A stretch of 64,000 nucleotides of DNA from an uncultured Actinomycetes bacterium (GCA_963839905.1 CAWIXC010000004.1:12005-76004), one strand, 5' to 3'. Shown: positions 27,048-36,112, numbered from the stretch's first letter. A program made the numbers and translations. The notes: generated by a model from the letters alone, not told the origin.

Positions 27048-27177
27048 ATGACCACCCTCCTGTTGGTCGTTGTTGCGCTCGTCGCCAGCGGGGCTCACGC
27101 ATCGCCTGGCGCATGACCACCCTCCTGTTGGTCGTTGTTGCGCTCGTCGCCAGCGGGGCTCACGCATCGCCTGGCGC
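27048..27177 (+). repeat. 2 x 65-bp perfect tandem duplication covering a start codon and signal-peptide codons
   Basis: ATGACCACCCTCCTGTTGGTCGTTGTTGCGCTCGTCGCCAGCGGGGCTCACGCATCGCCTGGCGC at 27048-27112 and again at 27113-27177. Copy 1 gives a 22-codon ORF (MTTLLLVVVALVASGAHASPGA) whose TGA (27114-27116) overlaps the ATG of copy 2. Confidence 0.95.
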
Positions 27178-27931
27178 AACCTCGTCGTCGGCGAGTTCCA
27201 CCACGAGCCAGTCGCAGCCTGTGGCAGGAGCGCCGGTTGAGAGCAGTGGGGACGCTAAGAGCCAGCAGGCCACCGCCACCTTGGTCGCGGCTGTGATCGC
27301 TGCGGCAGCCGCACTGTTAGCGCTCTTCGCCGGTCGGCGAAGTGAAGGTCGCGAGGTACAGAGAGGCCTGCTCAAAGAGCATCTCGCGAACCTCGGCGAG
27401 GCGATCCACGAGGTTGTCGCGGCGTCTGTCACGCAGCATAAGAAGCTTCAGGAACGCCAAGTCAGGGTGGCGAATTTGGAAGCCGCTTTGATCGAATGTC
27501 AGACAGCGGATCGTGAAGAGCAGCTTGCACCATCTGCTGACACGATCAAGGTCGCTCTGACTCAGCGGCGGCGTTTGGCGGACCTCGAGTCCGCCGTGAA
27601 GGCGTCCGATACCTCCGTGCGGAGCTGGAGGCTGCGTGGAGAGCGCGCCGCCGGCGAGCTGGAGACGCTTCGCCGCCAGTTGAGGTATCCGCTGCAGGGG
27701 ACCGATAGCGCCTTGCGCGAACTGACACGTCTGCCCGGATGGACTGGACATCGCAAGGGGAGCAGCCAAGGGGACGCACTGGTGACTTGCGCTGATGACG
27801 TGGCACAAGCGCTGCATGAGGCGGTCGCCTACTCATGGCGCGCTGGACATCCGCCGCGAAGACGTCACGTGAAGCGACTCGATACGTCCGTCGAGAAGCT
27901 ACGCGCGGCTGCGCCGATTGGCCCCTCTTGA
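27113..27931 (+). CDS. Hypothetical membrane/coiled-coil protein
   Basis: 272 aa. Signal-like helix, Ser/Thr-rich spacer, second TM helix (ATLVAAVIAAAAALLALFAG), then a long heptad-like helical region. No family recognised. Confidence 0.6.
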   Translation: MTTLLLVVVALVASGAHASPGATSSSASSTTSQSQPVAGAPVESSGDAKSQQATATLVAAVIAAAAALLALFAGRRSEGREVQRGLLKEHLANLGEAIHEVVAASVTQHKKLQERQVRVANLEAALIECQTADREEQLAPSADTIKVALTQRRRLADLESAVKASDTSVRSWRLRGERAAGELETLRRQLRYPLQGTDSALRELTRLPGWTGHRKGSSQGDALVTCADDVAQALHEAVAYSWRAGHPPRRRHVKRLDTSVEKLRAAAPIGPS

Positions 27932-28516
27932 CGATCCCTAGCGCGGCCCCAGCCGCATCCCACGCGCGGGTACCGGACGTAGCTCTGCGTTATCGTCGCA
28001 GCCCAAGCAGCCAAGCCGAGAGTTCGGCAACCCCCGTTTCTGGTCGGGGGGCCGTCTGAGGTCGGATGCCCAAAGCCCGTGAGTCTTGCGGAAATGCCTA
28101 GCCACCGCGTGCCTGCTCGCGTACGCTAAGACGCTCGTGGGACCTTGCACTCCCACGAGCGGGTTCGGCTACGGCCTTTTCCATGGGTCCACGCCGTCTC
28201 CGGGGGCGGGTCCGGGCGTCGCCGCAAACGAGTCCGGGCCCGCCTAATTCGACGGTAGGGCAGAGCCTAGGGTCCGTCTGGCGGGAATGTTGATAAGTCG
28301 AGGATCCTGGACGGGGACCAAAGTGATACTGATGTGGAGGGAAGATCGCGTCCGGCCCGGAATGGGTGATGCTCGATTTCCTGGCTTCCGAGGCTCGTCC
28401 ACTTTGGCCCGCGGTCGAAAGTTACCCCAAAGCGGTCAGAAATGCTACCTTTGGCGCGTGCTTAGGGCGCGAAGTCGTATTCCTTCGCCAACGGCGGCAC
28501 ATCCGAGGTAGATGCT

Positions 28517-30799
28517 ATGCCTGAGGCGCCAACAGCCGAGGCCGATCGCTTGGCGCCTCTGACGGCGGCGGAGCGTCGGATCGTCGGCTACCTCGCTAGC
28601 GGTATCACCACGCGCGAGGCGGCGGACATCCTCGGGGTCTCGCTCGCGGCGGTTCGAAAGCTGATCGCGGCCGCGAAGCGCAAGAGCGGAGCGCGAACGC
28701 TGCCGCAGCTCGCGGCAATGTATGTCCACAGCACTGCCATGCTCGACAGCGTCGCCGGGAGCACGGTGGCTCCCGGCCGGTACTACCCGGTCGACGCCGA
28801 CCAAGCGCTCGATCGGATTCTTCCGGAGGCTCGCCTGCGGGCGCTTCACGACCGTTTGGACCTCTCGGGCGCCCTCAGGCGATCGCCACACCGCGCGCAC
28901 TTCACGCGGCTTGCTGCAAGGGCGTTCGTCGACCGCCGAGATGTCGCTAGAACGGGCGGTCTCCAGGCGCTGCGATCACAACTCGCCGCCGACGTAACCC
29001 GAGCGCCCGACTACCCCGCGCTCACGCGGCAAGATCGCACGTCGCACCCTCGCAGCGAAACCGAGCTAGAACTCGCGCTGGCCTTCGCTGGAACGGTCAT
29101 CGCGGGGTACCTGTCAGACCTCGCTCGCGCGGACGACCTGACGCGCTTGACCCCCCGGCAGCGAGCGATCGCAGAATTGCTCGTCGAGGGATCGCGTTAT
29201 CGCGACATTGCAGCGCGACTAACGATCTCCGAGAGGCAGGTTCGACGGCACGTGATCGATGCCGTTGAGCGCCTCGACGCTCGCAACACAGAGGAACTCG
29301 CTGCCGTTGTGAGCGAGGCGATGCGACCCAAACCTACGCATCGTCTGCCGCCCAGCGAGCGGCCGATGCCGCCGGTCCGTCGATCGGCAGGTGACCCGAC
29401 GCCCACGGTGCAGTACGAAGTCCAGCCGGCAACGCCGAGCATCCCACTCGGTATGGGCTTGACTCCGCAGCTGGCGCGGGATTGGGCCTCCATCCGATCC
29501 GAGCTACACGCCGCTGTCCCGAATTCGGTGTTCGAGATCTGGCTCGCGCCGCTCACGGCGCGACGGTTTATCAACGGGACGCTCTTCGTCACGGCTCCGC
29601 CCGAGATCCACGACTGGGTCGTCGGCCGCTTCGGCAGCGTTCTGCAGACATGCGCCGCGGCTGTCCTGGGCTCGGACATCAACGTCATGGTGCTGCGCCC
29701 CGACGACCCGCCTCCGGAGACCTCTCCGCAACAAGCGCCTCTCGCCGATCATGAACAGGATTTTCATCCGAGGCTCACGTTTGAGCAGTTCGTCATCGGT
29801 CAGTCCAATCGCCTCGCCCACGCCGCCGCGCTAGCGGTCGCCGAGCTACCGGGGCAGGCCTACAACCCGCTGTTTCTTTACGGCGGACCGGGCCTTGGAA
29901 AGACGCACCTGCTGCACGCGATCGGCAACTACATCCGCAGGCACAGGATGGGCTTGCGCGTGCGGTCCACCACCGCCGAGCGCTTCACCAACGAGTTCGT
30001 CGCCGCGCTGCAGACCCGCAACGTCGACGACTTCAAGGCGCGCTTCCGCGACACCGACGTCCTGCTCATCGACGACATCCACTTCCTGCAGCGCAAGGCG
30101 AAGACCGAGGAGGAGTTCTTCCACACGTTCAACGCACTGCAGCAGACCGGGAGCCAGCTCGTCCTTACCAGCGACCGCCTCCCCGCCGACATGGCGGCGC
30201 TCGAGGCCCGCCTGCTCGAGCGCTTCGCGTCAGGCCTCGTCGCGGAACTGAAGGGCCCTGACCTCGCGACCCGCCTCACCATCCTGCGCAAGCGTGTGCA
30301 CAACGATGGGATCGAGCTCGCCGACGAACGCGCCCTACACGCCATCGCGCACCGCATCACCACCAACGCCCGCGCGCTCGAGGGCGCGCTCATCCGCGTC
30401 GTCGCCTACCACTCGCTCACACGCCGGCCGATCGACGTCGAACTCGCCGACGAGGTCCTCGCCGGCATGTACCCGCACGCTAACCCCGATCGCACCCCGC
30501 TCACCATCGCGCGCGTGCAGGAGCTCACCTGCGAGGCCTTCGCCCTCTCCCGCGACGAGCTCCTCTCGAGCGGGCGCAGTGGGCGCGTCGCGTGGCCCCG
30601 CCAGGTGGCCATGTACCTCGCCCGCGAGCACACCGGCGCCACCCTCCCCGCCATCGGGCGCGAGTTCGGCGAGCGCGACCACACGACCGTCATGTACGCC
30701 TGCCGCAAGGCGGGGGAGCGCATCGCCTCCGACCCTGCCGCCAAGGCCGCTATCAAGGCCCTTGAGCATCGGCTCGCGGAGGACCAGACGTATCCATGA
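28517..30799 (+). CDS. DnaA-family AAA+ initiator paralogue with an N-terminal extension carrying two LuxR/GerE-type HTH modules
   Basis: A single 760-codon frame. HTH 1: LTAAERRIVGYLASGITTREAADILGVSLAAVRKLI. HTH 2: LTPRQRAIAELLVEGSRYRDIAARLTISERQVRRHV. Then a complete DnaA: domain I (FEIWLAPLTARRFINGTLFVTAP), Walker A GGPGLGKTHLLHAIGN, Walker B VLLIDDIHFL, box VII LVLTSDRLP, domain IV RVAWPRQVAMYLAREHTGATLPAIGREFGERDHTTVMYACRK. Confidence 0.85.
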   Translation: MPEAPTAEADRLAPLTAAERRIVGYLASGITTREAADILGVSLAAVRKLIAAAKRKSGARTLPQLAAMYVHSTAMLDSVAGSTVAPGRYYPVDADQALDRILPEARLRALHDRLDLSGALRRSPHRAHFTRLAARAFVDRRDVARTGGLQALRSQLAADVTRAPDYPALTRQDRTSHPRSETELELALAFAGTVIAGYLSDLARADDLTRLTPRQRAIAELLVEGSRYRDIAARLTISERQVRRHVIDAVERLDARNTEELAAVVSEAMRPKPTHRLPPSERPMPPVRRSAGDPTPTVQYEVQPATPSIPLGMGLTPQLARDWASIRSELHAAVPNSVFEIWLAPLTARRFINGTLFVTAPPEIHDWVVGRFGSVLQTCAAAVLGSDINVMVLRPDDPPPETSPQQAPLADHEQDFHPRLTFEQFVIGQSNRLAHAAALAVAELPGQAYNPLFLYGGPGLGKTHLLHAIGNYIRRHRMGLRVRSTTAERFTNEFVAALQTRNVDDFKARFRDTDVLLIDDIHFLQRKAKTEEEFFHTFNALQQTGSQLVLTSDRLPADMAALEARLLERFASGLVAELKGPDLATRLTILRKRVHNDGIELADERALHAIAHRITTNARALEGALIRVVAYHSLTRRPIDVELADEVLAGMYPHANPDRTPLTIARVQELTCEAFALSRDELLSSGRSGRVAWPRQVAMYLAREHTGATLPAIGREFGERDHTTVMYACRKAGERIASDPAAKAAIKALEHRLAEDQTYP

Positions 30800-30965
30800 C
30801 CCAACGTCGGACACGAACCTCGGCCGTGCGTGCGAACGCGCAAACCGTCGCATTGGAAGGCCTACACCGATCGAAGGTCTACGCGTGCAGGTGCGGCGGT
30901 AGCATAAGGGCGGGTGCGCTCGAAGTGTCGAGTCAAGAGCCCGGACGACGCAGATAGGGAGACTG

Positions 30966-31196
30966 ATGCCCAAGTCGACATCAAGGACGACACCCACGTG
31001 CGACGACTGCTTCTTTCGCCGCAACATGCTGTGCGCGCTCGAGCTGGATGAGCCTTGTCCCACCTTCCGCCCGAACGCCCCTGACGGTCTTCGGCCACCG
31101 CAGCAGCTGCTATTCAGCTTCCGTCAGGAGCGCCGGACGGCGACAACGTGGGCATTCCCAACAGCGCAGGAGCAAGCGGCGCTGGACTCTCGGTGA
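30966..31196 (+). CDS. Small Cys-rich protein (C-x2-C-x9-C-x7-C), hypothetical
   Basis: 76 aa. ATG follows GGGAGA. TCDDCFFRRNMLCALELDEPCPTFRP. The C-terminal part abuts or overlaps the IS30 remnant and may be altered by it. Confidence 0.5.
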   Translation: MPKSTSRTTPTCDDCFFRRNMLCALELDEPCPTFRPNAPDGLRPPQQLLFSFRQERRTATTWAFPTAQEQAALDSR

Positions 31197-31600
31197 GCCC
31201 CCCGCCAAGGCGTACCGGCCGTCGGTGTCGCTGTTGCGGCGGATCTCGCGGCTGACCGTCGACGGTGCGCGGCCGAGCTCCAGCGCGATCGCGCGAACCG
31301 ACATCCTGGCGACACGCAGGTCGGCGATCCGGATCCGCTCCTGTTCTGAGAGATACCGCGGGCTCCGCGGTCTCGTTTCCTTGATTTTCACCGGCGGATA
31401 GATGACGACCGCCCCGGCGGAATTCCGGACCTTCCGGCCGTAGCGCCAACGGTTGCCCGTCTTGCGGTCGATCCCGACCAGCCGACACGCCTCGCTGTTG
31501 TTGACGCCCTGAGCGATCAGCTCCACATAGCGCCGCTGCTTCTCAGCCTGCGCCCCCGCCCGCCGGCGTCCGTCTCCTGTCCCGCATCCGACCTCCACAG
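31190..31600 (-). pseudogene. IS30-family transposase fragment (N-terminal HTH region only)
   Basis: Within ORF 31110..31664. RYVELIAQGVNNSEACRLVGIDRKTGNRW... and RYLSEQERIRIADLRVARMSVRAIALELGRAPSTVSREIRRN are the two IS30 N-terminal HTH motifs. No DDE catalytic domain follows. Confidence 0.7.
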
Positions 31601-31644
31601 CCGCGTTGGCGTTGCAACGCCAGCTGGAATCCGCCCCGTCGTTC

Positions 31645-31773
<129 letters not shown>

Positions 31774-31824
31774 GCCTTCTCTAGGCGCGACAGGGGCGTT
31801 GTTCACCCCCCCGGTGAGCGAAAG

Positions 31825-32115
31825 ATGTCGCGGGGCGCGGGCGCTGCGAACATGCGTTCGCTCATGACGTCGCAAGGGTCCCCGTATGCGCGGTTTCAGC
31901 GCGCGCTCGCGAATGGTCTTCGGGCCGGGCGGCCGGCGCTGGCGTGGGCGGCCGCGACGGAGCTCGAACACGTCGACCTGCAGGACGCGCTCGTGCTCGT
32001 GCTGCTCGTCGTCGACGAGCCGCGGTTTGCGCGCGCCGCGGCGCGATGGGTCGGCCGGCTGTGCGACGAGATCTCGTCGATCACGCTCGCGCAGGTGCAC
32101 GGGTCGCCTGCCTAA
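31825..32115 (+). CDS. Small helical hypothetical protein
   Basis: Start ATG 31825 (after GGTGAGCGAAAG) or ATG 31852. ...YARFQRALANGLRAGRPALAWAAATELEHVDLQDALVLVLLVVDEPRFARAAARWVGRLCDE resembles a recurrent actinobacterial small-protein family of unknown function. Confidence 0.5.
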   Translation: MSRGAGAANMRSLMTSQGSPYARFQRALANGLRAGRPALAWAAATELEHVDLQDALVLVLLVVDEPRFARAAARWVGRLCDEISSITLAQVHGSPA

Positions 32116-32449
32116 CCGAGCGGAATCGGCGAGCCGTGTTAGACGAACCGTTTCGCCGCGCCGATCGCAGCCCACTGAGGCCGCGTAAGACGAAGCCCAG
32201 CGCCCGCGAGCTCCGCTAAGCGCACTTAGCCTGAAACCACCGCTCGGTGATCGTCGGGGCGGTTGATCGCTGAGATCGTGTGGGCAGCGGCGCCTTGGTC
32301 GGGCTGGAGGGTGTCGATCGGAACGCGGGATGGTTTCGGGCGGGCTGTTGGCGCGTTCGGAGGCAGTGGTCGGGGCGTTCGCGGGCAGCGGTGATCGCGC
32401 CGGGGTCGGCAGGGTGGTCTGCTGGACGGCTTTGGCGTCGCCGGCGCGC

Positions 32450-33121
32450 TCAGGCGGCGGCGGGGAGTGCTCGAAGGCGGGTGAGCGCGGTGTTGAAGTC
32501 CTGTTGCCAGGGCCAGCGGGCGGGTAGGTGCAGCGTCCAGCGGGCGGCGTGCGTCGTCAGGCGGCCGGGTATCGCGAGCCATCTGCGGCGCACGGTTCGG
32601 GCGGCGTGGATGATCTGGCCTGGTGCGCCGAGCAGTTCGGTCCAGCGCAGCAGGTTGTGCGCCAAGGCGGCGATGACGGTCCAGGCGCCGTTGGCGTGAA
32701 ACTCGCCGGAGGGGAAGTGTGCGAGCGCTTGGTCTTTGAGGTCGCGGATGACCAGCTCGACGACGGCGTGCTGGCGATGCTCGGCCTCGACGATCGCGAT
32801 CGCGTCCGTGCGGTTGGTCAGAAACGGGTGGTGACGCCAGTCGGGAAACAACTCGGCCTGCACGCCGACGAGGCGTGTGCGTCTGACGATCAAGCGCCGG
32901 TCGCCGAGCAGCGTTTCGGCGATCTGCGCTTCGCCCGCGTCGGGGTAGTCGGCGATCGCCGTCCACGCCGTCTCGTCGATCAGGTCGATGACGGCGCGGA
33001 CGTGCTTGGCCATCCTGATGCCGATCGAGTATGTCCAGCCTGCCTGCTCGAGCTTGGCGAAGACCTTGGCGTTCCAGAAGCCCGAGTCGGCGCGCAGCAG
33101 GTTCGGCCCGGTCGCGCCGTC
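32450..33121 (-). pseudogene. IS1380-family transposase remnant (C-terminal part), interrupted by IS3
   Basis: ...GATGPNLLRADSGFWNAKVFAKLEQAGWTYSIGIRMAKHVRAVIDLIDE...RLIVRRTRL...AEHRQHAVVELVIRDLK... is the DDE_Tnp_1 (IS1380-type) C-terminal region. The frame continues only a few codons beyond the IS3 insertion (36033 onward), so the N-terminal half is missing. Confidence 0.7.
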
Positions 33122-33154
33122 TGGACCTCCCCCGGTTCGGTGGACACGGGTTGA

Positions 33155-34108
33155 TTAGGCGACTTGGGTCGCTGGTGAGCTGGCAGTCAAGCTGATCTGC
33201 GCAGGGGAAGGGAGCCGCGAAGCGGCGTCGATCGAACTGCTCGGGCTCAGAGTGCTGTTTTCGTAGTCGACGGGAGATCGTTGTCCGAGCGTGCTGTGGC
33301 GGCGCTCGCGGTTGTAGAAGACTTCGATGTAGTCGAAGACCTCTGTGCGCAGCTCGGCCTTCGTCGGCCACGCGCGGCGATAGATCAGCTCCTTCTTTAC
33401 GGTCGCGAAGAACGACTCGGCGACGGCGTTGTCGAAGCAGTCTCCTTTGCTGCCCATCGATTGCGCGATCCCGGCTTTGCGGGCTTGCTGGCCGAACGCC
33501 AGGGATACGAATTGCCCGCCCTGATCTGAGTGGTAGATCAGCCCGCGGTCCGGGCGCCGGCGCGCGAGCGCCATCTGCAGCGCGTCGCCGACGAGCTCGG
33601 TGCGCATGTGGTCGGCCATGCTCCAGCCGACGATCCGGCGGCTGTAGAGGTCCTGCACCGCGACCAGGTACAGCCAGCCTTCCCAGGTCCTGAGGTAGGT
33701 GATGTCGGCGACCCATCGCTGGTTCGGAGCGTCGGCGCAGAAGTCGCGGTCCAGCAGATCCTCGGCGACCCTGACGCCCGGTACGCGGATCGTCGTGGCC
33801 TTGTACTTCTTGGTGATCAGGCCCGACAGGCCGGCCTGGCGCATGAGCCGCTCGACGCGCTTGCGCCCAATCCGTTCGCCGTCATCCAAGACCAAGTCCG
33901 CCCAGATCCGCGGCGAGCCGTAGACGCCGCGGCGCAGCGCATGCAGCTCGCCGATGCGGGCGCTCAGCCGCGCGTCTTCGGCGCCGCGGGCGCTCAGCGG
34001 CCGTGCCGCCCACGCGTGATAGCCCGAGCGCGAGACCTCGAGCACGCGGCACATCAGCGCGATCGAGTGTTCGGCCTTCCTCGCAAGCACGAACCCGAAG
34101 ACCTTCAC
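33155..34108 (-). CDS. IS3-family transposase OrfB (rve integrase core)
   Basis: 317 aa. DDE core ...WVADITYLRTWEGWLYLVAVQDLYSRRIVGW ... IYHSDQGGQFVS ... GDCFDNAVAESFF. Separated from OrfA by the IS110 insert. Confidence 0.9.
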   Translation of the reverse strand: MKVFGFVLARKAEHSIALMCRVLEVSRSGYHAWAARPLSARGAEDARLSARIGELHALRRGVYGSPRIWADLVLDDGERIGRKRVERLMRQAGLSGLITKKYKATTIRVPGVRVAEDLLDRDFCADAPNQRWVADITYLRTWEGWLYLVAVQDLYSRRIVGWSMADHMRTELVGDALQMALARRRPDRGLIYHSDQGGQFVSLAFGQQARKAGIAQSMGSKGDCFDNAVAESFFATVKKELIYRRAWPTKAELRTEVFDYIEVFYNRERRHSTLGQRSPVDYENSTLSPSSSIDAASRLPSPAQISLTASSPATQVA

Positions 34109-34143
34109 CGGGTCCTGCTCTCCGAGGCGAAGAAGGCCGCGGC

Positions 34144-35707
34144 TGAGGTGTGAATCCCCTCACGCACGGCCGGCCCCGAGCAGGAGTGGTCGCACGAGCG
34201 TCTCACGCTCGCGGTGGCACGGCTCGGTGGCGGCGTGTTCAAGCCGTGACGGGTGCCTCGCTGAGCGTGACCCGGTAGCCGAGCGCTTCGATCTGGCGCT
34301 GCAGGCGCCGAGCGCGGTGCTCGGGCGAGTAGCGCTTGCGCTGCCAGTCGGGTCCGAGCTCACGGAACGGCACGCGGTCGCGAACGATGTGGAAGTACGC
34401 GACGAGGATGTCGTGGCGCGTCGCGCCGACCGCCTTGGCCTCACCGCGACGCCCGCGCAGCTGGGCGTGATGGGCCGCCAGGTAGGTGCCCTTCGTCCGC
34501 GCGGCGGCCTTCGCGGATTCCGTCAGCGCCTCGGTCAGCCAGCGAGGCCCGGGCCGCGTGCGTCCCGAGCGTCGGCGTCCGGCGGACTCGTGATGGCCGG
34601 GACACATCCCCGCCCACGACGCGAAGTGCCCGACGGTCGGGAAGCGGGTCATGTCAAGGCCGCACTCGCCGATCATGACCTGCGCGGTGCGCGTCGCGAC
34701 ACCGGGGATCGTGCACAGCAACTCGACAACCTCCTGGTGAGCGGTGAGCATCATCGCGATGCGCTCGTCGAGCGTCGCGATCGCAGCGTCGAGGGTGTCG
34801 ATGTGCGCGAGCAGCTGCGCGACCAGGATCCCGTGATGCGCGACGTCGAAGCGGTTGGCGAGCGCCTCGCGCAGCTGCGGGATCTTCGAGCGCATCCGGG
34901 CCTTCGCCAGCTGCGCGAGCTGATCGGGATCGGTCACGCCCGACAGCAGCGCCTCGAGCATCGCGCGCGCGGACTTCGAGTACGCCTGCGACGCGACGCT
35001 CGTCAGCTTGATCCCCGCGTCCTGCAGCACCTTCTCCAAGCGCTGGATCGCGCGGGTGCGCTCGTTGACCTGTGCCTTGCGCAGCCGTGTCATGTCCCGC
35101 AGCCGGCGGATCTCCGGCGGCGGCACGAAGCTCGCTCGCACCAGCCCGTGCGCGACGAGCTGACAGATCCACTCGGAGTCCTTGACGTCGGTCTTGCGAC
35201 CGGGCACGTTGCGCAGGTGCTGCGCATTGAGCAGCCAGCACTCAAAGCGATCCTCAAGCGCCTGGAACACGGTCTTCCAGTACACGCCCGTCGCTTCCAT
35301 CCCGACGAGCGTGACGCCGAAGCCGGCCAGCCACTCGCGCAGCGCAGCGAGCCCCGCGAGCGTCGCCGCGAACGTCTTGGTGTGCTGCACCCAGCGGCGT
35401 CGATCATCGCTCGGGACGCGGACCGTCGCGACGACATTGTCGCGATGCACGTCAAGACCCGCGCACCGCTGCACCACCACATCCATGAGACACCTCCTCT
35501 TGAGACGGCTTGTCGCGTCGCCCGGAGGGGACCTACCGAGATGAGTCTGAGGTACGCGCTCGAAGCAGCAGTCAACGGCACCACAGGTCCCCACGCCACA
35601 CTTTTTTACGGGCTCAAACGCACCAAGCGGCGACGGCGTCGACCCGAGCGACACCCAACGCCAGGATTCTCACCGCGCACAGGCGGCCGCGGCAGCGGCC
35701 AGAGGCA
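34144..35707 (-). mobile_element. IS110-family insertion sequence inserted in the IS3 OrfA/OrfB frameshift window
   Basis: The IS3 sequence ...ATCTTGAAAAAAG | GCCGCGGCCTTCTTCGCC... (ILKKAAAFFA) is split exactly at these coordinates (+/- a few bp). No obvious terminal inverted repeats, which is usual for IS110. Confidence 0.75.
34239..35486 (-). CDS. IS110-family transposase
   Basis: 415 aa starting at ATG 35486 after AGAGGAGG. N-terminal DEDD domain (CAGLDVHRDNVVA...VGMEATGVYW...KTDVKDSEW) and C-terminal Transposase_20 region (LCTIPGVATRTAQVMIGECG.DMTRFPTVGHFASWAG). Confidence 0.9.
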   Translation of the reverse strand: MDVVVQRCAGLDVHRDNVVATVRVPSDDRRRWVQHTKTFAATLAGLAALREWLAGFGVTLVGMEATGVYWKTVFQALEDRFECWLLNAQHLRNVPGRKTDVKDSEWICQLVAHGLVRASFVPPPEIRRLRDMTRLRKAQVNERTRAIQRLEKVLQDAGIKLTSVASQAYSKSARAMLEALLSGVTDPDQLAQLAKARMRSKIPQLREALANRFDVAHHGILVAQLLAHIDTLDAAIATLDERIAMMLTAHQEVVELLCTIPGVATRTAQVMIGECGLDMTRFPTVGHFASWAGMCPGHHESAGRRRSGRTRPGPRWLTEALTESAKAAARTKGTYLAAHHAQLRGRRGEAKAVGATRHDILVAYFHIVRDRVPFRELGPDWQRKRYSPEHRARRLQRQIEALGYRVTLSEAPVTA

Positions 35708-35960
35708 CTTTTTTCAAGATCTCGCGCTCCTCCGCGAGTACCTTGACCTCGCGGCGCAACCGGCGCAGCTCGTCGCGCTCGACGCTGCTCAGCCCTTCGG
35801 CCTTGCCTTCGTCGACGTCACGCTGCGAGGCCCAGTTTCTGAGCGTCTGCGGTGACACACCGAGCTCCTTGGCGAGCAGCGGGATCGACCGGCCACTGGA
35901 TCTGAGCAGCTGCACGGCCTCACGACGGAACTCCGGCGAATACGGCGGGGACTTGGGCAT
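35670..35960 (-). CDS. IS3-family transposase OrfA (HTH), C-terminus altered by the IS110 insertion
   Basis: MPKSPPYSPEFRREAVQLLRSSGRSIPLLAKELGVSPQTLRNWASQ... leucine zipper ...EREILKK. The A-AAA-AAG slippery site sits at the junction. Confidence 0.85.
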   Translation of the reverse strand: MPKSPPYSPEFRREAVQLLRSSGRSIPLLAKELGVSPQTLRNWASQRDVDEGKAEGLSSVERDELRRLRREVKVLAEEREILKKVPLAAAAAACAR

Positions 35961-36112
35961 CTGAAGACATCCTCTCGGCCGCGCCGAATCGCGCAGCCGT
36001 CAGGTGTCCACGAAAGCGGGGGAACTCCAGTCCGCCGTTTTCGCTCGATTAGACAGTCGACCCCGACAAGGGCAATCCAGCGACCACCAGGACGTCTCGC
36101 GGTCTCGTCTAC

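Larger units (their letters stand above)
33122..36029 (-). mobile_element. IS3-family insertion sequence, itself disrupted by an IS110-family element
   Basis: Terminal inverted repeats TGGACCTCCCCCGGTTCGGTGGACAC (33122-33147) and, reverse-complemented, TGGAGTTCCCCCGCTTTCGTGGACAC (36004-36029): 21/26 identical with TG...CA ends. 3-bp direct repeat GTC on both flanks (33119-33121 and 36030-36032). About 1344 bp once the IS110 insert is removed. Confidence 0.85.

Noticed and set aside
26957-27177. Tandem repeats as a mini CRISPR array
   Set aside because: The units are directly adjacent with no spacers. There are only two copies of each, the second pair is coding sequence, and there are no cas genes in the window.
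28133-28158. Hairpin CTCGTGGGA-N8-TCCCACGAG as terminator of 27113..27931
   Set aside because: It has a perfect 9-bp stem but lies 200 nt past the stop. It has no U-tract on either strand. Function undetermined.
28517-30799. Interpreting the DnaA gene as the chromosomal initiator next to oriC
   Set aside because: There is no rpmH/rnpA upstream and no dnaN/recF/gyrB downstream. The gene is embedded in an integrase/IS-rich, AT-richer island. By eye I found no cluster of full TTATCCACA/TTGTCCACA boxes in the flanks, only partial matches. This still needs a computational box search.
32226-33716. ORF 32226..33716(-), 496 aa
   Set aside because: Its Arg/Pro-rich nonsense translation spans the IS1380 remnant and IS3 orfB in the wrong frame. 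The recognisable transposase sequences are in other frames.
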